Origin: Octopus sinensis
Taxonomy: Eukaryota
Length of the DNA: 64,000 nucleotides
Assembly (NCBI RefSeq): GCF_006345805.1
Contig: NC_043000.1
Coordinates: 20,522,001 to 20,586,000, forward strand
Direction: 5' to 3'
A program made the position numbers and the translations under genes. Positions 23,436 to 36,870 of this stretch are shown one piece after another; position 1 is the stretch's first letter; each line of letters begins with the position of its first letter. Below the pieces are notes generated by a model that had not been told where the DNA came from, made no database searches, and was given only the letters and a program-made list of their open reading frames with translations.

Positions 23436-24160
23436 CAGGTATAGATCTTGGTGATAGTAGTTTAAAAGCTTATTTAAAAGCTTCCAGCTGTAAACGAATG
23501 GTTTACACCTGGTAGCTTATTGGTAAAGCACAGTCACTTTCACAGTGATCGTTAGGTATATATATATTCCATCCTCTGTCTTTCTTTTGCCATATATATG
23601 CATAACTGTGTTTGTATATATGTGTGTGTATTTGTGTCTGCATGTTTGTTTATATTTGTACTTCCCTAAAATCATGAGCAGCAAAGTGGTGATATCACTT
23701 CCCCTGACAACAAATCACTCACTGCTTATTAAGTCCTGTTTAGTCTCTTACTAACTGCAGTTTAAATTTTAATCAATTTTACCTAATCAGAAAACAGGAT
23801 TTGAAAGCTGGCATTTTCTGCATGATAGCTGTCTATCACAAAATGAAAGCAAAATCATTACAAGGAGGAATTTTTATTAAACTAATGAAAGCAAAGCATT
23901 ACGATGACCAAAGTTGTAAGAACTTCTGAAGTTTTGATAAGTTTTAATGAAAAAAAGTCATGTGCAACAGTCAAACAAACATGTAAATAATTTAAAAACA
24001 AAAAACATCGTCAACAAAGTTTTTTTTGTGAAAAATTGCACAAATCTGTCCTGATCAAGAGGCCTATCTGTTTGGGAAGGCATGGTCTGACATGGAATAA
24101 ACAAAAGTTTATATAAGACATTCTATTGTAAAAATTGCCCAACAAAGGGCTATTCAGCTA

Positions 24161-24206
<46 letters not shown>

Positions 24207-24273
24207 GATGGCCATGATAGATAACTAACCACTACACATTCTTTATTTTCTCTCCTTGTTTCTTTCTGTGTTC

Positions 24274-24309
24274 CTTTCTGTGGAAGAGTGTAGGCTCGAA
24301 ACATTAAAG
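24274..24309 (+). ncRNA. Hammerhead-like motif with variant core
   Basis: CUUU-CUGUGGA-A-GAGU(GUAG)GCUC-GAAAC-AUU-AAAG. Confidence 0.45.
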
Positions 24310-26374
24310 ACTTTTTCACTTCCCAAGTGTTAAACTAATATATATTTGTTGTCTACAACACCTGTCTTCATCTTTTATTATTTTTTTTTTTGGTGAATTC
24401 TCCCTGAGCCTGGTGCAGCCATCTGGTTCAACAGCCCTCAGTCAAATCGTCCAACCCATACTAGCATGGAAAGCGGACGTTAAATGAGGATGATGATGAT
24501 ATATATATATGTGTGTGTATATATATATATATATGTATGCATATTGTCCAACCCATGCTAGCATGGAAAGCAGACATTAAACGATGATGATGATGTATGT
24601 ATGTATTGTAGTAGTAGCATCCCATGGGAAATTCTATGGTTATTTTGAAAATTGAAAGATGGAATTGAATATTTTTCTGAACAATTAGAATCTTGAGATG
24701 ATTTAAAATTCCATGTCAGTAGTATTGAAGGTGCAATGTAAAGAAAAAAACTCCTCTGAATGTTTTCAATATCCATATGTCTTCTAGTTTGAGTTGTGTG
24801 TTACTTTTCAATTTATGTTAAGAATGAAACGGTTTTAGCTATGGAACAAAAGAAAGACATTTATCTATAGTTTTATTGTTTCAGTACATTGGTAAAGTTC
24901 TGATAAATTGGTTAATGGTTACTTTAACACCTGGCTACCAAAATAAAAAACAAAAGTAAGTGTAATAGATGTCAAAAAATGTGTATTAAACGAATATGAG
25001 AACAAAAGTTTGCACCAACGAACCGATTATAAAGGACTTTGTCGGGAAAATTTTTTCTGAGGTTGTGGGGGGAGGACTTTCGAAGAGAAAGAAACTCATA
25101 AATCATTTTTTTTTTGCTTGAGTGTAATGGAGAAAAGTTTGAAAAGAGAATTTTTAGAATCATTTTTTTTTTTGTTCTGTTTGAGTAATAGAAAATGGTT
25201 TTAAAAAAGATCCCTTGTATCATGATGTTATTCACCAATCACTTAATGTTGTTCACCAATAACACCTTTAACGATGTGTTGGCACCTTTTTTTTCGGTTG
25301 ATGCTTATGATAGATATAGATCATAATATGGTGATTTGAAAACAAATATAAAAACTCTTTACCTTTCACTTGTTAGTTTTACATCTGTTGTTGGACATAT
25401 TGTAAAAGTTTTGACTGAGCATACAATATTTAATTCACTAAAGCACATTCCTTCACTGACAGGTAAAAATTAAAGAACAAATTATTAAAATTTACTGTTC
25501 CCTTCAGTAAACACATTCTCTCTCTCCTGCTCTGTCCCTGTCTCTCATTCTCTCTTTTTTTTTCTCTCTCTGTCTCACACACACACACACACATATTTCC
25601 TGTCTCTCTGTCTCTTCCTGTCTCCACCCCTTCCCTGATATCAACCACCCTCATTATGCCACCACATTTCCCTCAACCTAACACTCTTTCCACTCTTCTC
25701 ATTTTATCCTATAATAACCCAACCCCTATAGGGGGCCCATTATCGATTTTTATTGCAATCCATTTAGCCTATAACTGAACTGGATGTTAGTTTAACATGT
25801 ATGCAAAGTTTCATGAAGATTGATTTGCTGGTTAGGCAGCAATATGGTTACAGACAGACAAAAATTCCCATTTATATATGATATATATATTGGTGCAGGA
25901 GTGGCTGTGTGGTAAGTAGCTTGCTTACTAACCACATGGTTCTGGGTTCAGTCCCACTGCATGGTACCTTGGGCAAGTGTCTTCTATAGCCTTGGGCCAA
26001 CATATATACATATACACGTGTGCCTTTGTGCTTGTTTAGATCTGCAATTGGTTGTAATGAAAGCTACCACAAGCAGTGCTGTTGTTGTCAGTTCTCCCAT
26101 CAAGAAATCATCCACTCATGTTACACCTTCAAAAAACTACATGGAATAAGAGATCCCTCACTTGCACACAGCTGAGAGTTAATAAATAACAGGAAGGGCA
26201 TTTGGTTGCAAAACCATGCCTCTATAACAGATTTGTCAAACCGATACAAGCAGTGAAAAATCACTCGTACAAACAAACAAAACAAACTCTGTGTGTGTGT
26301 GTGTGTGCACGCACATATATTTGAGTAATTATGTATTTGTGAGAATTTGAAGTTGATGAAAGATTTTATTGAGC

Positions 26375-26748
26375 TGACATAAAATGCACCATCCGAACGT
26401 GGCCGATACCAGCACTGCCTTGACTGGTTTCTGTGCCAGTGGCACGTAAAAAGCACCATCCAAACGTGGCCGATACCAGCGCCGCGTTGACTGGCTTCTG
26501 TGCCGGTGGCACATAAAAAGCATCAACCGATTGTGGCCGCTGCCAGCCTCCCCTGGCACCTGTGCTGGTGGCACATAAAAAGCACCCACTACACTCTCAG
26601 AGTGGTTGGCGTTAGGAAGGGCATCCAGCTGTAGAAACACTGCCAGATCAGACTAGAGCCTGGTGCAGCCTCCTGGCTTCCCAGACCCCAGTCAAACCAT
26701 CCAACCCGTGCTAGCACGGAAAACTGACGTTAAACGATGATGATGATG
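26375..26748 (+). mobile_element. RTE-type 3' end
   Basis: Repeated GGCACGTAAAAAGCACC units and GAT tail. Confidence 0.75.
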
Positions 26749-26849
26749 AGGTAAAATTGGGATAAGAAAGCAACAGATTTATTACACTGTGAGAGGACGA
26801 AAATTTATAGTTTCAGAAACATTGTTCTTAACAAGTAATGTTACTTTAA

Positions 26850-27043
26850 CCCTTTTGTTACTAACCGGCTAAAACCGGCTCTGTGGTAAAATGTCTTGTT
26901 TTCATAAGTTTTGAATTAAAATATTCCACCAAGCCTTATTTACAATTTACGTTCCTAACACTAGCTGAATGATAACTAAGTTAGTTTACTAAATTCTTTG
27001 TCATATTTAAGAGCATCTCAAAATAAATACAGTAATGAAAGGG
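26850..27043. mobile_element. piggyBac-like MITE (same family)
   Basis: TTAA-CCCTTTTGTTAC ... GTAATGAAAGGG-TCAA. Confidence 0.8.
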
Positions 27044-27832
27044 TCAAAAAAAATAATTGAGACAGAGAGAGAGGAATTGAAATGTTGGGTAGATGGATCA
27101 CATGGTGTCTTTTTTGCACAGGGAAAGTAGTATTTAATAGGGGTTGAATTGGTTCCAAGATAGGAACTTTCTAGCATTGATCCAGTTGTTGAAGAGGAAA
27201 TCTCAGCTCCACTGGTTGAATTTATTTGTTTTTCAACAAGGATCTGGAAAGGTCCAGAGATCTAATCGTTAAAACACCAATGAATATCATGAAATCATTA
27301 TTGTTGCTTCAGTTCCAGGTATTTTATGTGATATTTGGTTGAAGGTTAGCAGTTGCCATTTGCAATATAAAATTTCTTGAATACTGCCTTGAAAGCAGTT
27401 TAAACGTTTGAACTGAATATATTGTTGCAAATTAGAACCAATTGCCAAAAATCAATTCATTTTATTGAACTCACAAATATTTAAGATATCAGTACGAGTT
27501 CACTTTTATGGCAAATGATGGCTGCTAACTTTCAACCAAAGTAGATTGTGTGACATCATATCAACTTTGCCTTTCATCCTTCTAGTGTTGACACCAGGAT
27601 CACTTTGAAATTATATTTCCAATCATATAAATCACTTTGAATGTTATTTCAGCAAGTTTAAAATGATTTATACCATAAACTATTTACCATTTCTGTGGAA
27701 CCCCACCCCTTACCTTGATACCTTAAGCACATGCTTAGTTTGCTTAACGGTTAATCCAGTGCTGCATCTCATATGTAATTGATTACAAGGTTTGTATGGT
27801 ATTGTTCCATCGTAAGGTCTTTCAAAGTTAAT

Positions 27833-28069
27833 AATACCTATTTCTTTACTATCCACAAGGGGCTAAACACAGAGGGGTCAAACAAGGACAGGCACACGGA
27901 TTGAGTTGATTATATCGACCCCAGTGCATAACTGGTACTTATTTAATCGACCCCAAAAGGATGAACGGCAAAGTCGACCTCGGCAGAATTTGAACTCAGA
28001 ACGTAACAGCAGACGAAATACTGCTGAGCATTTCACCCGGCATGCTAATGTTTCTGCCAGCTCACCACC
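27833..28069 (-). mobile_element. SINE family B with 20-bp flanking repeat
   Basis: TTCAAAGTTAATAATACCTA at 27821-27840 and 28070-28089. Confidence 0.85.
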
Positions 28070-28464
28070 TTCAAAGTTAATAATACCTAAATACTGCAGC
28101 TCCACACAGAAATACTGTGACTTGTGAGGTTTAAACCTGCTCCCATATTTAAAGGGTTAAGAGCAACATTAAGTAGTTTTGTTCTCTATTCTCAACTATA
28201 GACTCTTGTTTAAAGAAATCTGGGTGACACCAATATTAATTGATTAAATTCCAATCCAACACCAGTATGGATGCAGTTCTTTATTTCATCTACTCCAGAA
28301 GGACGAAAGTCAAAGGTGATCTGAGCAGAGGTTGACTATTTAGTACTTAAACAAGCCATATCTAGCCCAAATAGTCAACTTGTTTTATGTTCAAACTTGT
28401 CAGATCCAGCCTCTCACACCTACCCTACTATGTCATTCTAAAAGTAAACAATATCTGAAAATAG

Positions 28465-29745
28465 TGATGCTTGAACAGAGATGTGTTTATTTGGGCTGCA
28501 TCCAAAAAGTAAGGTGGAGAGAAAGTTCTGCTAGGTTCCTTACAGGCAAAGAACATAGATATAAAATTTTCTGGGTAGGGAACACTGATGAAGTTGGAGG
28601 CATGGGTGTACTCCTTGCAGAGAAATAGGTTAAGGTAATCGAGGTTGTCAGAATCTATGATAGAATATTTAAGCTTAGACTAGTGCAACAACATGGATTA
28701 GCAACCATTATCTTGGCTTATGTCCCTCAGCGAGGGCTACCTGATGAACAGAAAGACTGATTTTATGACACCCTCTTGCAAACTGCCTCATCAACAAATG
28801 ACGGAGACCTTCTCTTTATGGCTGGTGACTTCAATGAGCATGATGGACAACATCCAAAGAACTTCCATGGTATACATGGAGGCAACGGATTTGGTTCCTG
28901 CAATGAGGAGGGAACCAGGCTGCTGGAGTTCTGTGATGCAAATGATCTTATGATCTGTAATACTAACTTCAGGAATCCTGCCAGTCACCAAAAGAGGAGG
29001 ATATAGCATCGCATAATGTGGAGGACAACTGGCGGTTCCTATGGGACAACCTGTTAAGGGCTACTGACTAGATCTGTGGCTCAGGGTGTGGTGGTGAAGC
29101 ATGACCTTCAAACATGAGGCCTCTCAGAGGCAATGACAAGTGACTAAAACCTTTGGAGATATGCTGTGCTTGAGAAGATCCGGCAAGCCAAGTGAGATCA
29201 TAGCCATGGTCTCTGCCAGTATCACATAACTAGCCCATTTAAAAGCACCCTTCAATCGTCAGGCAATATGCCATGCTTGTGAAGACCTGTTGAACCAAGT
29301 GGTATCATAGTTATGGCTGATGCCAGTGCCACTTGACTGGCACCCATGTTGGTGGCACATAAAAAGCACCACTCAAACATGGCCAATGCCAGTGCTGCCT
29401 GACTGGCACATAAAAAGCACCATTCGAGCAGGATCAATGCCAGTACCGCCTGACTGACACCCATGCCAGTGGCATGTAAAAAGCACCATTCAAGTGTGGT
29501 CGATGACAGTGCTGCCTGACTGGCTCCCATGCTGGTGGATGGTAAAAATCACCCACTACACTCTTAGAGTGGTTGGCAATAGGAAGGGCATCCAGCTGTA
29601 GAAACCTTGCCAGATCAGATTGGAACCTGGTGTAGCCTCCTGGCTTGCCAGTCCTCAATCAAACCGTCCAACCCATGCCAGTATCGAAAGCGGACATTAA
29701 GTGACGATGGTGGTGGTGATGATGATGATGATGATGATGATAATG
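28465..29745 (+). mobile_element. Internally deleted RTE-like LINE
   Basis: APE endonuclease remnants (CIQKVRWR, AGDFNEH, GFGSCNEEGTRLLEFC), then the repeat-rich 3' UTR and (GAT)n tail. Confidence 0.85.
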
Positions 29746-30297
29746 ACATCATTGAAATCTTGAGTTGCAAGATAATCATCCTCATCATTTAATGTCTCTT
29801 TTCCGTGCTGGCATGTGTTGGACAGTTTGACAGCAGCTGGCAACATGGAGAGCTGCACCAGGCTCCAATTGTCTGTTTTGGCATGGTTTCTATGGCTGAA
29901 TACCCTTTCTAATGCCAGCCATGCATGATTACTTCAAAAGAATGTGAGTAATAAGTATTACATTTCATAGATTAATCTGAATACTATAGGATTAAACTCA
30001 GAACACCTTAGGCTGGGATTAAATTCCTCACCCTGTTTTATCTGATGCTTCAATAATTTTGCTAATCTACTGCTGTAAAAATGAACTAATCTTCTAATTT
30101 ATGTCTTATAAATTCTGGCTAATATTTCTTTAATATTTTTTTCTTGTTTCAACTGTACCTGTTTATTATTTTTTTTTTACTTTAATTTTATCAGCATTTC
30201 ACATAATATTTTTCCCTTTTTTGCTTTTCTTAAAGAACTAAAATGTTTAACTGTTTTCCTTGTTTCTTCTTTTTTTCTTCTTCGTCTTCTTTTTCAG

Positions 30298-30448
30298 ACT
30301 GCATGATACAATGAAAATTAATCAGTTTACCTGCCGCATTATTCATTGCACTCAACTGTTGATGTCTGTCATACAGGTGTACTATCATGAAAAGTTAGCA
30401 GTTGTTGCCCATTTAATTGATCTTGATCAACTGCCAGCTTCAACACAG
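30298..30448 (+). CDS. GRDP-like gene, coding exon 2
   Basis: Strong pyrimidine tract plus CAG; donor CAG/GTAAAC. Phase 2 to 0 fits exon 1 (TT+A = Leu). Encodes LHDTMKINQFTCRIIHCTQLLMSVIQVYYHEKLAVVAHLIDLDQLPASTQ. Confidence 0.85.
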
Positions 30449-30825
30449 GTAAACAGAAAAAGAAACCACAGGTGTAATTAACAAATGATGGGCAGCATAT
30501 TTGATTATCTTTGATTATCGTTTTTGAAAATTTTACAGCATTCAATACATTCTTGATTATCTCAAATGAATTTATTAACTTTGGGAACAAAGTACAGACT
30601 ATGTAAGATGGGCCTCTATTATTTCAAAATGCAAATATAATTGAGGATAGATATTTATTTGCACAGTGAAGGTGTAAAAGCAAACAAATTTAGATTATTT
30701 TTTCCTTTAAGATAATCAATTCTGCCTCCCATGCTTTATTGATAAATATATATAACACCGAAGGATGGGTTGATTTATGAATGGCTGGATTTTTGCTTGT
30801 ATGAATTTGTATATCTATATAAATG

Positions 30826-30878
<53 letters not shown>

Positions 30879-31544
30879 GGATGTATTTGTAAGGAAGGAT
30901 GCTGTCATTCAGCTTTTGTGTATTCTCTGGCCACCATACAATACACTAATCAATAGCTCAAGAGTACAAAGAATTATATTTACATATACACACACATGTG
31001 GAAAAGGACACTAGCCATCATCATCATCATCCTCCCCCTATCATCATCCTAGCATTTCATTAAACACTTGTTTTGTTTAATTGTTTTTCTACTTGCATTA
31101 CCTCAAGTTTTTCTAAATCTTGAAGTGTAATAAGTAGTGTGGATACAGGCATGGTATAGTTGGGTGTTTAAACTGCTCCCCATCCAACTGCACAGTCCCG
31201 GGTTTGATTTCATTCTTTGTTGTTGATGCCATGTTTACCCTAAAAATACTTTTTAAAAAATAAAAAAATTCTTCCATAGTTTCACCGCTATTGTTTACAT
31301 TGGCAAGTTGTTTCTATGTAACCATAGCTATTCATGGATATGAAGAGTAAACACATGGGGTTCTAAGGATACATTGGCTGGTAGTCCTGTCTACTTATGA
31401 CTTTGATCTCTAGTTTAGTATATACAGTGTATTTATTTAAGGAAAAGTACTTTTTGAATATAAAAGTCCTTTATATTCAAGGTTTAAAGTTTTCCAAAAT
31501 TCTGATTGCATTGTTTAATTCAATTCAAATCTGATTTATGATTG

Positions 31545-31847
31545 TTGTTTGTTCCTTCTCAAGCCATGCCTGGCTCATAAGGGCCAGTTTCCCAGTTTCG
31601 TTGGCATATAGGCTCCCTGCTTGGATGGGATACCAGTCTGTCGCAGATGAGCTACTAGATGCAGGAGGAAAGGGTGAGAGAAGGTTGTGGTGAAAGAGTC
31701 AGCAGATGTTTGCTATTACCTTCTGCTGGGGCCACATGGAGCTTAGGTATTTCACTCATAAATACAGACAGCGCCTGGTCTGAAATTGAAACCCATGATC
31801 CTTCAACTGCGAGTCCTCTGCTCTAACCACTAGGCTATGTGCCTCCA
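31545..31847 (-). mobile_element. tRNA-derived SINE (head P plus tail Y)
   Basis: Head and body match 15070-15263; tail matches 23048-23130. Confidence 0.75.
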
Positions 31848-31892
31848 CTGATTTATGATTAGCGAAGATTAAATAATATATATATATATATA

Positions 31893-32258
31893 GGCACAGG
31901 AGTGGCTGTGTGGTAAGTACCTTGCTTACCAACCACATGGTCCCGGGTTCAGTTCCCACTGCATGACACCTTTGGGCAAGTGTCTTCTACTATAACCTCT
32001 GGGTAACCAAAGACTTGTGAGTGGAATTGGTAGACGGAAACTGAAAGATACTCATCGTATATATATGTATGTATATATGTATTTGTGTCTCTGTGTTTGT
32101 CTCCACCATCATCTCTTGACAACCGATGTTGATGTTTACGTTCCCGTAACGTAGCAGTTCGGTAAAAGAGTCTGATAGAATAAGTACAAGGCTTACAAAG
32201 AATAAATCCTTGGGTCGATTTGCTTGACTAAAGGTGGTGCTCAAGCATGGCTGCAGTC
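31893..32258 (+). mobile_element. SINE family A
   Basis: Colinear with 7812-8212. Confidence 0.8.
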
Positions 32259-32357
32259 ATACAATAGTTTTTTTTCTTCCTTTTTTTATATGATTTCAGT
32301 GAAATAAATTCAAATTTTATGATGTCTAATTATTCCTCTGTTATCGTTTTGTCATAG

Positions 32358-32496
32358 CTTGCTTATCCAGAATCATATCCCTGCTTCACTCCTTCATCTG
32401 GAGAAAGAGCACTGCTCGTAAAAAATCACACAGGTGATTGGGCTATTATTATTGGAAAATGGGCCGGTTTAAAGAAAGGTGTACCAGGTATTCCAG
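32358..32496 (+). CDS. GRDP-like gene, coding exon 3 (absent from the ORF track)
   Basis: TAG acceptor at 32355-32357; donor CAG/GTGAGT; phase 0 to 1. Encodes LAYPESYPCFTPSSGERALLVKNHTGDWAIIIGKWAGLKKGVPGIP. Confidence 0.85.
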
Positions 32497-32643
32497 GTGA
32501 GTGCATTTTTCATTTGTCCAATCTTGTTATTGTTGTTAATTATTGTCTAGATCAGGTCTGATTGAAAAACAGATCTATAACTAAAGGCCTTCCAACCATG
32601 ACCACTCTGGTTGGCTTTTTCATTTCCTTGTTTTTTTTTACAA

Positions 32644-32877
32644 GGTGCAGGCATGGCTGTGTGGTAAGGAGTTTGCTTCTTAACCCTATGGTTCTGGGTT
32701 CAGTCACACTGCATGACACCTTCGGCAAGTGTCTTCTACTAAAGCCTTGTAAGTGGATTTGGTTGACAGAAACTGGAAGAAGACCCTTGTGTGTGTGTCT
32801 GTCTGTCTGTCCACCTCCACTGCTTGAGAACCAGTGTCAGTGTGTTTACATCCTTGTCGTATATATGTGTGTGTATG

Positions 32878-32931
<54 letters not shown>

Positions 32932-33148
32932 CATATGTGTGTATGATTGTGTGTCTGTGTTTGTCCCCCTAACATTGCTTGACAACCGATGCTGGTGTGT
33001 TTACATCCCCTGTAACTTAGCGGTTTGGCAAAATAGACCAATAGAATAAGTACTAGGCTTACAAAGAATAAGTCCTGGGGTCGATTTGCTCGACTAAAGG
33101 TGGTGCTCCAGCATGACCACAGTCAAATGACTGAAACAAGTAAAAGAC
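32644..33148 (+). mobile_element. SINE family A with duplicated middle
   Basis: Colinear with 7812-8212; the post-microsatellite segment occurs twice. Confidence 0.75.
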
Positions 33149-33988
33149 TATGTTAGGGCACTGCCTTCAAAGGAAATTTCTAATTGATTCCCAGGACCCC
33201 CATCTGAAGGTTGTATGGCCTAGTAGTCAGGATATTTGACTCACAATCTTTAGGGCATTGTTCCAATTATTTCAATTCCAATTCCAGGATGCACATGTTC
33301 TTGAACAAAACATGTTCTTGAGCAAAACAGCTCATATTGTTTCAGCCCACTAAACTGTAAATATGTACCAGCATCATCTGGGAGTAAATCCTGCAAAATA
33401 CTGGCCCCTTTTTACAGTGGAAGTATTGTAATCCCAGTTATTTGTTCGCCAGGGAAACAAGGTGAAGTTCTAGCTTAACAAGGCTGTAGGATTGTGACTT
33501 TGATATGGACCACAATTTTTCACCTTTTATTTATTTTATTGATCTCTATTCACATGATGATATCACAATCCCTGTCAACTAATCCTCTTTGAAGATATGT
33601 GCAATGAGAGATCACTCACATGGAAAACAAGTAAGAGTTAGGCATCCATCCAGCTGTGAAACAAAGCCTCAGTTCAATAACGTATTCATCCGATTCATGC
33701 TAGCTTGGAAATACAGACTTAAAAACAAGTGAATATATACCACAAAGAAGTCAGTGAGCTGGTAGAATTGTTAGCAGACAGAGCAAAATGCTAAGCAGCA
33801 TTTCAGCCATCTGAGTTCATATTCTGCCATGGTCAACTTGGCCTTTCATCCTTTTGGGGTCCATAAAATAAGTTCCAGATGAGCATTGAGGTCAATGTAA
33901 TCAACTTAGCCCCTCTCGCTGAAATAGTTGACACTGATCCAAAATTTAAAACCAAAATATACCACCAAGAGTTCAATACACATACATA

Positions 33989-34420
33989 GGCGCAGGAGTG
34001 GCTGTGTGGTAAGTATAGGTGCAGGAGTGGCTGTGAGGTAAGTAGTTTGCTTACCAACCACATGGTTCCTGGTTCAGTCCCACTGCGTGGCACCTTGGGC
34101 AAGTGTGTTCTACTATAGCCCCAGGCCAACCAAAGACTTGTGAGTGTATTTGGTAGACGGAAATTGAAAGAAGCCCATCATATATATGTATATATATACA
34201 TGCGTGTATATGTTGGTGTGTCTGTGTTTGTCCCCCCAACATCGCTTGACAACTGACGCAGGTGTGCTTACATCTTGTAACTTAGCAGTTCAGCAAAAGA
34301 GACCAATAGAATTCGTACTAGGCTGACAAAGAATAAGTCCTGGAGTCAACTTGCTCGACTAAAGGCAGTTCTCCAGCATGGCAACAGTCAAATGACTGAA
34401 ACAAGTAAAAGAGTAAAAGA
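33989..34420 (+). mobile_element. SINE family A with duplicated 5' end
   Basis: The first ~29 nt are tandemly repeated. Confidence 0.85.
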
Positions 34421-34498
34421 ATATTTCTATCAGCAATCTTTCACATTATATTGTAAGCTAAAATACAGTTGACCATATTATAAGCTTTCATATTATAT

Positions 34499-35046
34499 AC
34501 TAGCACTATGACCCAGCGTTGCCAGGTCCAGTGCTAGTCAAGCATATTTGGGCTTTCATGAAAATCCCGCCCTCTTGTCATTCACTTGGTCTAACTCGTT
34601 AATTATTCCCTGCATTTCTGAAATCAAAAAAGCGTGCACGTTTGAAAACCAAAACACATGATAACGTGTCTTCGCAAAACACAAAAATGCACTGAGTCAT
34701 ACAGACTGTCTGCAAATGCACACGCGCATCCAACTGTCAAGGGTAGAATTATCTCCATTCAATCAAAAAACAGCTGGCAGTCTATTGGTGTATCTAGCTG
34801 TACGCATGCACCGTGTAGAAATTTCTATGTTTTAGCGATTTTGAATGGATATGCCTATAACTTATGGACATAAGGGATCGGTTTATCGATTTTTAATGGC
34901 TTTCTGGGTTGGCTGGGGAAATGAAAAGACCTTTACGTCCACTTTCAGACAGTTTTGAAAGCCCATAGAAAATGCGAGCCTTTTACGTGAAAAACTGGAT
35001 TTGTATAAAGGACACACAGACATTTTGCCGTTTATAGATATAGAGA
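34499..35046. mobile_element. Helitron-like non-autonomous element
   Basis: Terminal hairpin ACTAGCACT..AGTGCTAGT; other end ACACAGACATTTTGCCGTTTATAGATATAGA. Confidence 0.5.
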
Positions 35047-35874
35047 TTATAAACGTTGTTGCTTCCCCTCATTCCCTCCCCCTCTGTATACCCAGACTCT
35101 CACCAGTCACCATATTCCCCCAACTCCTGACACATGACTCTTTGGCGATACCCTGTCAGCACCTGCCACCATCTCTCTCTTCCTTACTCTACCATCCCAT
35201 CTATGTCCTGATCCCCATTCCTTGCAAGTATACTCTGGCACTTGCCACCATCCCTCTCCTGATCTTGCTGTCTCCTACTCTCTCTTTCTCTCTTTCCCTT
35301 GCTCTCCCCTCTAGCTGAGTAATCATGTATCTCCTCTGCAGCAACAAACCTATTTCTACCCTCCTTCTTGATCACTCTCTCTCCCTCCTTTCCTTGCCCA
35401 TACCTCTGGCTAAGTAATCATGAGTCTTCTTTACAGCAGCACACCTCTTTCTTATTTCTTTACTGCCCACAAGGGGTTACACACAGAAGGGACAAACAAG
35501 GACAGACAAACAAATTAAGTCGATTATTTCGACTCCAGTGCATAACTGGTACTTATTTAATTGACCCCAAAATAATGAAAGACAAAGTTGACCACGGTAG
35601 AATTTGAACTCAGAATGTAGCGGCAGACGAAATACCGTTAAGCAATTCGCCCGGTATGCAAACGTTTCTGCCACCTCTTTCTTGTTAACCCCCACTCTCT
35701 CTCTAGGTATCTATTTCTGCCCTCATTCTTATTAATTCTCACTCTCTTTCTCTTCCTTTCTCTCTAGTTGGGTAACCATGGACCTCCACTGCAGCAAAAT
35801 ATTTATTTCTGCCTTTCTGTCACACTCAAATATTTCATCATCTGACCCAAGATCACATCCCCCTCAATGACTCA

Positions 35875-36546
35875 TTGTCTTGTAAAGTCACTTGGTGACC
35901 CCTGCCAATGCAGGTGCCACTTAAAAAGCAGCATCCAGTCCACACTGTAAAGTGGTTGGCATTTGGAAGGGCATCCAGCTGTTAAAAACCATGCCAAAAC
36001 TGACCTTGCCTGTGCTGGTGCCACATAAAAAGCACTCAGCCCATGCTGTGGAGTGGTTGGTGTAAGGAAGGGCACCCTGCCATAAAACCATGCCAAAACA
36101 GACACATAAGCATAGTGCAGGCTCCAGCCTGGCCAGTTCCTGTCAATCCATCCAACCCATACCAGCATAGAAGGAGGACGTTAAATGATGATGATTGTAT
36201 GATGCATAAAGTTGTGCCGATGCCAGTGCCGCCTCGACTGGCTTCTGTGCCAATGGCACATAAAAAGCACCATCTGAGCGTGGCCGATGCCAGCGCCGCC
36301 TTAACTGGCTTCCGTGCCGGTGGCACGTTAAAAGCACCAGCTGATCGTGGCCGCTGCCAGACTCCCCTGGCACGTAAAAAGCACCCACTACACTCGCGGC
36401 ATGGTTGGTGTTAGGAAGGGCAACCAGCTGTAGAAACACTGCCAGATCAGACTGGAGCCTGGTGCAGACTCCTGGCTTCCCAGACCCCGGTCGAACCGTC
36501 CAACCCATGCTAGCGCAGAAAACGGATGTTAAACGATGATGATGAT
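35875..36546 (+). mobile_element. Two stacked RTE-type 3' ends
   Basis: Two AGGAAGGGCA...CCAACCCAT...(GAT)n ends in tandem. Confidence 0.7.
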
Positions 36547-36870
36547 TTTATATATTATATTATATAGCCAGTCAAACATTATATTACAAATTTATATATT
36601 ACATATTATATTACAACATTATACAATAAACTAAAGTACTGCCAAACATTATAGCATGAATTATTAATTTGATTAGCTTTGAAGATCAAATAGTTTCATC
36701 AGAACAGAATATTACTTGCTCTTTGGTGGCATATAATTACTAATATTTAACAGTTAATGGAAGAAATTTGTATCAAATTCTTTTTATCACTTATTTCTCT
36801 TTTCTTTTCAAGTGTTTATTAGTCTGGTGTTTCCTTTGCTTATATATATATATTCTTTTTTTCCTTTTAG

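Noticed and set aside
36768-36870. Signal/transmembrane-like N-terminus of the 231-aa ORF
   Set aside because: Intronic T-rich sequence upstream of the exon 4 acceptor.
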